From NCBI GenBank assembly GCA_000934665.2, contig KZ538770.1, forward strand, positions 1 through 48,585: a stretch of 48,585 bases of DNA. Direction: 5' to 3'. Both the position numbers and the translations under genes were made by a program. Below are positions 39,801-48,585 of the stretch, piece by piece; positions within the stretch are counted from its first letter, which is position 1, and the number at the start of each line of letters is the position of its first letter. The DNA comes from Catajapyx aquilonaris (taxonomy: Eukaryota). The notes below the pieces were generated by a model that made no database searches, was not told where the DNA came from, and worked only from the letters and a program-made list of their open reading frames with translations.

Positions 39801-39891
39801 CACATTCACCGACTGGATGGAGTACAGAGGATTGGCATTTCCTAAGCATAAATTAAAAGCCTATAAGAAGAAATTATTCTCTGCTGCATGA
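27825..39891 (+). CDS. Uncharacterised ~516-aa helical protein, C-terminus CCDC60-like
   Basis: Phase-consistent exon chain 27825-27855 and 31037-31110 (both tentative), 31350-31409, 31476-31632, 31720-31870, 32054-32159, 32284-32381, 32606-32653, 33244-33309, 36975-37312, 38023-38128, 39514-39703, 39766-39891 (TGA). No internal stops. Last intron is GC-AG. Confidence 0.78.
29678..29953 (-). mobile_element. tRNA-derived SINE, family A copy 1
   Basis: A box TGGCAGAGTGG, B box AGTTCGATCCC, (ATT)n tail, degenerate flanking duplication containing ATTAGTGA. Close copy at 35190-35420. Confidence 0.85.
30478..30791. mobile_element. Tigger/pogo-like MITE
   Basis: TA-CACCGTACTCCTGATTATCC ... GGATAATTGGCAGCACAGTG-TA. 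Confidence 0.65.
33627..35482. mobile_element. Tigger/pogo-like non-autonomous element with internal insertions
   Basis: TIRs CAGTTGAACCCGGATATAACAG / CTGTTATATCAGGATTCAACTG, TA at the left end, repeated TATAAC motifs. Confidence 0.7.
35190..35420 (-). mobile_element. tRNA-derived SINE, family A copy 2
   Basis: Colinear with 29730-29953, A and B boxes present, tail truncated. Confidence 0.85.
35690..36602 (+). mobile_element. Degenerate mariner transposon, 3' part
   Basis: After removing the SINE, reads HPPY-PGLASSDFHLF (mariner HPPYSPDLAPSDFHLF motif) and KNWFLEGLERLTHRWCQCI (mariner C-terminus). Ends in TTTTGATACCGCCCTCG-TA. Confidence 0.8.
35949..36302 (-). mobile_element. tRNA-derived SINE, family B copy 1
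   Basis: A box TGGTCTAGCGG, B box GGTTCAAATCCC, (CAAA)n tail, perfect 12-bp TSD GCCTCCAGTGAC at 35937-35948 and 36303-36314. Confidence 0.85.
37640..37984 (-). mobile_element. tRNA-derived SINE, family B copy 2
   Basis: Colinear with 36020-36300, same A and B boxes. Confidence 0.8.
38420..38917. mobile_element. Tc1/mariner-like MITE
   Basis: TA-CTGGGTGTTTCAGAAAAATACCAACAAACTTTTA / TAAAAGTTTGTTGGTATCTTTCTGAAACACCTG-TA. Confidence 0.8.
39094..39229. mobile_element. 136-bp Tc1/mariner-like MITE
   Basis: Perfect 14-bp TIR CAGTGTTGGACATT / AATGTCCAACACTG with TA on both sides. Confidence 0.8.
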
Positions 39892-42093
39892 ATGTCAGAA
39901 GCTGAAAGTCACACTCTTTACAAGCAATGTCTCCGTGTATGTACTGTAAAGCATCGATTAAACAGGGTTAACTGTTACAATATTAAGACTTTCAATCCAC
40001 AGCATTATTTTATCGTTCCTTTTATGTGCAACAGTACTACCTGCACAACAAGTTTGTGTGCCCAATGTTTAAAACTTCTGCATAACCTGTAGTTGTACTT
40101 ATGGTCACTCAAACCTGGGGAGCTAACCTGCCCCGTTTAAATTGTGGCCACAATAAGTTACTTCCCAAAATGTGAGTGGATGTCAGTTTTCTTGCATGGG
40201 TGGGAAAGAAGACAGAAGAGATGAAGAGAGAAAGTAAGGACTGAGGTAGGCATTCATTTCAGTGAGCTCATGTATACCATGGCTGCTAATAGTGGTCTTT
40301 ATGGAGGTCTGGCACAGTTAAATTGTCACCATTCAACATATCATGAAGCACTCTCCTAACACAGGGAGGCGAAGTGGCACAGTAGTGCTCGTGGACAGAA
40401 AGATTCCTGTTTTAATCCCAAGTCCCGGGTTTCTCAACTGTGTGGAGTTTCATCATGTCCAGCTGCTTCAGCTCCAACTTGGGTGGGCTATGTTATATTA
40501 CACGGTGAAAAGCCCGTTGTCTCAGTAACTCTAGGCAGTGGAGACCAAATGACCCCCATACATAAACTAATTGGACACTAGGTCACCAATATCCTGCATC
40601 TGACAAAAATTCACAGGTTCCAACCCTCTCTCACTGGCTGAACCAACAACAACAATTTACAATAATTATTGCCTTGCACCTCACACCTTATTTGCAACCA
40701 ATATTGAATCCACCCTTTGGACAGTACCCAGTCCAGTACAAGGTGAAAGCACATACCTAACCTAACAGCATTATTTTCTTTTCCACAACAGCCTTTTATC
40801 TTTCATCCCAAGAATCATAAGCTACCTCTTGAAGTTATCTAAGGGCATGCAATATAGGCATCAATATCATCCAGCCTCTCGTCACATATATCTGCCTGAT
40901 GTTCATCCCATGGCCTTATGTTTAGCGTCTGGATTAATCTGCAAATAATTTCAGTTGACTACTGTTGTTGTAATGACACAGTGCTGTAAAATTCCAGCTT
41001 GCCTGCTCATTAGAATGTGATAAAGCATCTAGCTACAGACATTTAGAAGAAGAAAAAAATGCCTAAGCGCTAACAAGTGTATGAATAGTGTGAAATAATG
41101 TCCATTGCTTCGAGTCATCCTCATGTGATACACTAAGCACTGCATTGGAAATAATTCGTGTCATTTGATAATGTTGTCAGATTGGAGTATTGGACCTTGC
41201 AATTATGGTCAGACTATCTTATCTTACACGTATCACCTATGAAAGCACTCATATTGCTTGGAACGGTGTGACGATTACTCCTACTGAATCTGTAGGCTGT
41301 CATGAACATGTAGTGGGTTCATAACAGTTATTACACTAGTGCTGCAATGTAGTCACAAGTCCAAAGATTATGGATCATGTTGAATAAATATCCTATACAT
41401 GTTGAAGCATGTGGCAATCATACAACTTTATCACAAAAAAAGGAGAGAAATGTGTGTAGATTGCCTTTTCCAAGAAACTTAAACAAAAGCAAGCAATTCA
41501 CTTTATTCCAGTGCTCATTAAGTCATATTATTAAGGATATTGACATTACTAACCGAGGTGACTTTGGCATGACTGCCAGAAAAGAATTCTTAACTACTCA
41601 ATGATGAAGGGTATTTCCCGTAATTTTCAAGTCTCACGAAGCCTGATTTGTATCTTGCAGTGCGCTGATCAAGGTACCCTACATATTCGACCACTTGGGG
41701 AAAAACCTAGGTCAAAAAGTTACACTGATCCGTTTTGGCATACCGTATCTATTCTGGTATTGCCTTTTAGATTCACAATTTTGAAAAAATTGCGATTAAA
41801 ATTTGCTCTATTGGAGGTTCTAGGAAATGCAGCTATTCATATTTTTGCCAGCAATGGTAGACAACTCCACACAATTTAATGATGATGATTACATTGTGCA
41901 ATGCTGATGTACTTGTATATACACAGAGGTTAATGAACAACTGGCAGAGCTCTCTAAAAATCAGCCATCATCTACCATTGCCAGAAAAAAATGTATGTAA
42001 TGTATTAAAATGACCTCAAGTTCATCGTATTAGTTTTAATGAGCATTTTGGCATACCCAGTCACAATCTGTCATATCTTTAAAAATGAAAATA

Positions 42094-42329
42094 CACTCTA
42101 CTCCCGATTATCCGGGCTAATGACTGCACGAGCGTTTCCGGATAAAGGCCATTTCACAAAAAAATGTCGCGCGGCAAACGGCGCGTGTTGCGGCATATTT
42201 CTTTTTTATATTTATTATTGCCAATAATTAATAACAATTGGCGGGGCAGGCGTTTGCCGCTTGTCGCTGCCGCAAAATATTTTTGTGAAATGGCCTTAAT
42301 CCGAAACCCGGATAATCGAGAGTACAGTG
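42094..42329. mobile_element. Tigger/pogo-like MITE (host)
   Basis: TA-CACTCTACTCCCGATTATCCGGG / CCCGGATAATCGAGAGTACAGTG-TA. Confidence 0.8.
42146..42296. mobile_element. PIF/Harbinger-like MITE nested in host MITE
   Basis: TIR AGGCCATTTCACAAAAA / TTTTTGTGAAATGGCCT with TAA target duplication. Confidence 0.8.
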
Positions 42330-42579
42330 TAAAAATCACGCAACTTTCCTTGCTTCCTCTCGTGATTTTAAAACGGAAAGAGGCATTTGAAGATGCGAAT
42401 TTTCGCAAAAACCCGAATGGATAGCACAAAACTCAGTTTCGCTTTTCCATGTGACAATTTTATGCACAACTTCCAGTAAAACCTGTGGCTGCCAATGGAG
42501 GGGGGGAAACATCCTACAAGAGATGGTTTTTCAAAATTTTCTAATTTTAACTTCCGATTTCCCCAAAATCATATCATCG

Positions 42580-43118
42580 GCTGACCAAAACTATCGAATT
42601 TTGCCCCTCTTTCAATTTGGTCCAACTTCCAAACTATGTCGGTTCGCAACAAAAGCAATCCTGAAACCCTTTCGTAAGCCAAGTGAAATGCCGTCTGCTC
42701 CTCCTCTGAAAGCTCCCCCGAATCTCTGGACATCTCCAGGGAATTTCCAGCGTCTCATCCCCCAGACCAGGGTCATTATTTTTTTATTGTTAGCATTTCC
42801 CCACTTGACTCAAATGCCCCCGNCCCCCCCTGAGTGTCTACACCTCGACCCAGAAATAGACCCTCCCCGCCCAAAAAGGGTCCCTCAGTGGGGACCCAAC
42901 TGGAGATAAAAGCAACCGGTCGGTGATTCAAGGTCGCGTTCCTGCAGCGATTAAAGTGACCGATATGGGGGGTACTGGTAATCCCTGTTTCTCAAGATCG
43001 CCGGCGCCAGTCTGTCCATCACCAGCCAGATAATGCCAGCCAGCCATCCACTCCAGCAGTCCACAGCACGGCTCCTCTCAGGACACTCCTGCTGGTTGGA
43101 AACAGCCACAATTAAGCC
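42580..43118 (+). promoter_or_regulatory. CpG-rich promoter/5' UTR of THAP-ZnF gene
   Basis: CpG enrichment upstream of the strong Kozak context GCCATGG at 43119. Confidence 0.5.
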
Positions 43119-46100
43119 ATGGCGGCCTGCGTGGTCAACACGTGTCCCAACAACCAAGTGGGACAGATGCATCAGATAGGACTCTTTCCGCTTCCGTCCG
43201 ACCCGCACCTGATGGCCATGTGGACGGAGGCCATTGGGACTGGTGGTGGCAGTAACCACAATAAGCAGGATGGGGTGTACCACGATGTGATGGTGTGTGA
43301 GGAGCACTTCATTGCCACTGACTACGAGGAGCACGTTGGACAGACACAAGCTGACCAGCTCTGGAGGCCGTGGAGTCAGGGAGGGAAGCAACTCAAGTCA
43401 AATGCGGTGCCCACTAGGAATCTACCCAGGAGAGGTATGTGCTGGTACTGTGGTGGTAGTTACTAGTTACTGAACAACGGACAATTATAGAGATGCAGTC
43501 TACCCCAAAATTGAAAGAATATTCAGTGAACACCACATCCGTATACATTGCCATTGTGTATTCTTGAGCGCGTTTTACATGTGAGCAATTTGATCACGAC
43601 ATTTAACATATTGACTAAAATTTTAATTTGCATTTACTGATGATCACTTGCTAAATATAACTTGTTCTCCACTTTATAGCCTACTGATGACCATTGTCAG
43701 ACAATAACTTGACGCAAAGAACATTGATCCACAAGTGGACAATTTAATGCCCAGTGTTAACATTCACCTAACGCTGGACATTCCAGGCATTCACTAGAGA
43801 ACAGACATTATTGAATGCTCACTGAACATTTGCATGTCAATGGAGTTCAGTCTGCCATTTAGGTATATAGTCTGGTGACCCGGGGTAGCTTGCCCCCTGG
43901 GGTAACTGGTTGTTTACTGCTATCCTTTTACGTATGCTGCCATGGTGATTGCTCCCGGGATAGCTTACCCCGGGTCATCAGACTAGGGGCCTTAAAGTAC
44001 ATGCTTAGGCCAAAAATTGGACTGATAAGGTGAGGTTCACCGAAACTTGTGAGCGATCACAATTCCTATTGTACAGGAGAGTATGTTAAGATTAAGTGGA
44101 GGTTGCTACTCAATATTCTCATCGGAGCAATATTGAACTTGAACGAGCTCCCTCGTAAGTTCATATCCATAATGTAGGCCTAATGCTAGTGTGTTGAATA
44201 ATTGAGTTCTGTAACACCATTTGTTGCATCTATTCGTTGTCCATATTACGGTTTTCATTAGGATTTAATATGAGCTTTTGGATGTGACAATCCAGTTTCT
44301 GGGCTTTCAGTTATGCCCATCTTTCTGCAACTGTCCACTCCATTTGACTTGTTCATTTGTAAAGTGGGGATTGGGGAAGATGAGAAAGGAACTTTTTTTT
44401 ATCATATACCAGATGTATCTTTTCTGAAAAAGTTTTAATGGTCTTATAACTCAATCTGAAATACATATTTTTTGAATGAGGGATATAATGGCCATAACAC
44501 TGTCAGTTAGAGAATACCTACACTATATTTTCACAATCATATTACTTTCTTTGGAAGGTGACTCATGGGATTGCCCCCTGGACACATGAGGGATGGGATT
44601 TGTATGTAGTTCTTGTAATGCAAATTATTTCAAGTGTACCAGGTTGGCCAATGGTAGTTTGCAAGAGATGAAGCTTAAAATAATGACATTGACAAGGGTT
44701 TTTCAGGTTTAAGTATTAACTGTTTATGGGGCTAGTTATTTTAATGTTGTTTAGCAATTTATAACAACAGGAATACATGTATAGTATCGTAGTGTGAGAT
44801 CAGGTTACGTAATCTTTTACTACCATGCTATTGCATTAATGATTAATTGAATTTAAGAAATTGATTAACATTAATAACGCAAATTAATTCAGCATATTAA
44901 ATTTATTAAATTAGCTTAATAAATTACACAGTGAGGAACAATGTGGAAATACAAGTACAGTTTTGAACTGGGACTTTTCTCAAACATCTCTGATTCGAAT
45001 TTTCTGCAACTCAAAATTTGTTCCTGGTCTCTTGGAGATTCAAGTTATTGAAGTTTTACTGTGTTATTATTACAATGTGTCCTGATTCAGCCAAGTTCTT
45101 TAACCTTGCATGGTTTGTTTTTACTTAAACTATTGCACTGCTACAGGATACACATATGTGTGCTACCATACACATTCTATTTTTAACCAGTCTGACAAAC
45201 ATCAAGTTGGGCATTATACATCAGTACATAAAAGTGCTATCATCCTAATGTTGATTGTGGGCAAATGCCTGTTAGGCTCATAAAAATATTGACTTTTCAC
45301 AAAAGGACTTTATCCTACCTAACAATAATATAAAGGAAAAGCCTGGAACACCTTATTTACTTATTACATACTTGCTGTATTTATCTTACCAAGTACAGTG
45401 AAGTACCACGAGCATAAAGTTGGAGATGTTGCGGGCCTTCTCTGACCTTTCTTTATCCAACTCAAATTAATGGACTCTTTCTGGACCGAGTTAGCTGCTT
45501 CAGGCTGTGTTCGTTTATTTATAACAATATTTTTGATACCGTAATAGCTGAGATTGGCAGAGCAGCCTGCCGTCTCCCAACTTTATGCTCGCAAGTGTAT
45601 ATAACCAATGAATGAACTAAAAACCTAGGTTAAGATGGGCAACTTTTTCAATAGTTCAGTTGTGAAATCAATAGAATGCAAGCATGTTAATTTAATAAAT
45701 TTTCTTGAAATTTCCTGAAATTACGCGGTTTCTGTACTAATTCTCTGCGCAAAGAAAAAGCACTACTCAGTCTTCCCCAGATTGACTGGGATCAAATCTC
45801 CAGTATTACTGTACGTGGCTCAGTATGGCACACTGGAGAGGATGCACAAACCACACCTTTCCCTATAAAACCATTCAGTAGGTAACTGCAAAAATAGCTA
45901 GTATCAATGGAAATGTCGAAGGTAAAAGTGGCCATTTAACAAGTTAATTAGGATTTGGGTTCTTATAATCTGTCTCAAGTCTGCGATGGTATTACATGTG
46001 AAATACAAATAATGTATAAATACAATAAATTTCAGGATGCATTCGACACACTTCAGAGGTGAGAGAAAATTTAGAGGGACCACGAAACAAGAGGGAAAAG

Positions 46101-46224
46101 ACAGTGGAAGCTCTTATGGTGTTCCTTAAGGGAGGAAGAAATTCACCAAGTACCGAGAAAATCCATCCACATTCAGGTTTGTGTTTAGTATCACATATGC
46201 CTGTTGTAAGGAGTAACTGGCATG

Positions 46225-46313
<89 letters not shown>

Positions 46314-48174
46314 GAAGAAAAATATAAACCATAAATCTCGTGTCTTTTGTAGCACAGGTTATGATGTCTCGGATACCACTCAATTTGTGACAACTTGTAA
46401 GCAATCAGCTTGTTTAATAACTTCAGAACAAGTAAATAAACATAAGGGTAGGCCTGGAACTAATAATACTACTGCACATATGACCGAACGTGATATTCTA
46501 GAAAATATTGAATGCCAGTCAGATAGTGCTTCATATTATCAGACTGTTGTGTATGCCCATGATAACATATGTCTATAAGAACATTTATATAAACACTTGA
46601 TGTAGCTCAGGTGTCTCAATCATGGTAGGAAATATTATAGAAAACTTCCAGCATATCAGAGGGTATCAAAAGGGTAGTTTTCCTGCACAAATAAGATACA
46701 TACATAAGCACAATAAATTGATGTGTGCACAAGTCAGGTATATGCCAAAGAGTTGAAAGCATGGTCTTAGATGCCCTAGCCGGTGGGAATTATTGTTAAA
46801 CACATGTGCATGCCTGTTTAGCCATTTCTGACAGCTTCTGTTTTCTCTCCTACTAAAGTACATTTGTACCATCCTTTCTAATCCCTAGACCAGTTTCTGG
46901 GGGGTGAGTGTCAGTTAGGGGTCAGTGAGTCAGGAGTGGGGAATCTCATAATCCTAATGAAATGTAAGCTCAAGTAATCCTTGAAAACTAGGAAGGAAAT
47001 ATTCCCTGCAGCAGTGAAGGCCTGGGAATTGGTGGCTCAGAGCAGATAAGTTGAGACCCCCTATAGGCAACCTATAAGTAGCCAAGGTTGAGAAATACAC
47101 AATCCAAGCATAGGAAATGTAATATTATTCTGTAGTGACTCACTGGAATTAGAGTATTAAAGGAATAGCTTCAATATGAAACTACTGCAATATACCTTGC
47201 CCTCATATTATGGTAGGCCTGTGACAACCTTAGCACATCACAATTTTTCTTTTTAGATTCTTCAACTTCTGTGCATAATGGAGATACATCCATCTCGTCA
47301 CATTTGGCGAGGGGCACGACAGTTCAAGAGCAGCAATTAAAACCTGAGTCTGATCAACTCTTCCGAGGACCATCTCCAGTAAAGGTGTCAATGGCCTCTC
47401 GGATAGGATCTTATTGGCACCAACACTACCCTTTTGGAGCTATGTATCCTGTTGTCAGCCATGAATCAGCACTCAACTTGAAGAAAACATCAAGAGACTC
47501 AAATGAACTGAATAAGGTAATATTACAGCCCCATTCTGTGTTACATATTTTAATAAATCTTTTGTTCATCAGTGACACTTATTGAGAGTACGTTTATACT
47601 CACTTGTCAGTGCAGGGAATGTAGAGTGTGAACATCAATCAAAATATACTTCTCTAATCACATACAATCAGGAACCAATATTTTGGTTGTGGGATGGGTC
47701 AACATGTCATCATTCTACTTACCCAATAAGCCCTGTAGCCTACGTGGCAATGTATGCATATTATTTTTGTACCATTTGCAGGGCTCAACATCAAATGACT
47801 CCCTCACCTGCCCAGAGCCTGATAAACCCTATGCATGTGAGTATTGTGGCCGTCGTTTCTCCCTGAAGACAAATATGCAGGTCCACATCCGCATCCACAC
47901 TGGAGAGAGGCCATTCTCTTGCCACACTTGTGGAAAGCGCTTCATACGCAAAGAGGCCATGAACATCCACTTGCGTACACACACTCGAGAGAAGCCTTAT
48001 GCATGCTCCCTCTGTGGGAAGACATACGGCTACAGGGAGAGCCTCATGGCACACATGTTCATCCACTGCAGCGGCAGAGCCTACTCGTGCAATGTGTGTC
48101 TCAAGAGATATGGTCACAAGAAGAGTCTCTTCAGGCACAAGAAAGTAAACCATCTTATGGAGTCATCAGCTTAA
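43119..48174 (+). CDS. THAP-domain + 4 C2H2 zinc-finger protein (~322 aa)
   Basis: Exon 43119-43434 encodes C-x4-C...P..W...C-x2-HF...AVPT (THAP signature). It joins in phase to 47257-47516 and 47782-48174 (TAA), which carry four fingers with TGERP/TREKP linkers. Confidence 0.88.
43868..43985. mobile_element. ~118-bp MITE with TAG termini
   Basis: TAGTCTGGTGACCCGGGGTAGCT / AGCTTACCCCGGGTCATCAGACTA. No clear TSD. Confidence 0.6.
45404..45597. mobile_element. MITE-like inverted repeat
   Basis: CGAGCATAAAGTTGGAGA / TCTCCCAACTTTATGCTCG. Confidence 0.6.
46227..46313. repeat. Compound microsatellite (CTA)n(CTG)n(CTA)n
   Basis: Read directly. It explains the poly-S/L/V ORFs. Confidence 0.95.
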
Positions 48175-48585
48175 AATATGTAAGGGGTTGAGGGATGTAC
48201 ATCATGTAAGAGAAAGTTAATTTAAGTACTTTGCATATTCAAATAGATAGAGATGGCTTTAATTGTTTGCATAAAACATTGTGCCCTTTTCAAGAGGTAC
48301 AGTGTTCGATTGTAGCTGTAGAAAGAAGATGCTAGGAGATTAGTCTCAACACATGCACTGCATATAATTGTGCAATATGCTCTAGTGTATACGAGGACTA
48401 GCTTTCATGGAACATTGTCAGAGCTTACAAGGACAGTATCCAAATTATTGAGTTAATAATGAGCATGCTGAACATGCTCTGATCAAGGTTAGGGGGCACG
48501 GCAGTGCCCCCGCCAAGTTCTCGCCGCACTGCCGGACCACCTTTACCCGACACAACTCACGTCATTTTGACCCCCTCGAATCTTC

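Noticed and set aside
45992..46404. Poly-Ser/Leu/Val ORFs
   Set aside because: Artefacts of the (CTA)/(CTG) microsatellite
48485..48585. GGGGGCACGGCAGTGCCCCC hairpin at the window end
   Set aside because: Probably the start of a repeat that continues outside the window. It cannot be classified from what is visible
1..48585. CRISPR arrays, operons or other prokaryotic systems
   Set aside because: No regularly spaced direct repeats. The sequence is spliceosomal-intron-containing eukaryotic DNA

Overview
Eukaryotic (invertebrate-like, AT-rich, CpG-depleted) genomic window with five + strand intron-containing coding units that I reconstructed by hand from splice sites and exon phases. Four are C2H2 zinc-finger units: a 5'-incomplete one with at least 9 fingers (1.6-7.0 kb), an 8-finger unit with no obvious promoter of its own (14.1-17.0 kb), a 3-finger gene behind a CpG island (22.1-23.1 kb) and a THAP + 4-finger gene (43.1-48.2 kb). 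The fifth is a ~13-exon, ~516-aa non-ZnF gene (27.8-39.9 kb) that the ORF track shows only as fragments. It appears to use a GC-AG last intron, and its C-terminus resembles CCDC60. Introns and intergenic DNA are packed with TE relics: a Sola2-like transposase fragment, a Chapaev3/CACTA-like foldback, Tc1/mariner and Harbinger-like MITEs, a mariner remnant, RTE-like 5' fragments, and several tRNA-derived SINE families that share a 3' tail. Family assignments are from remembered motifs, not database searches.
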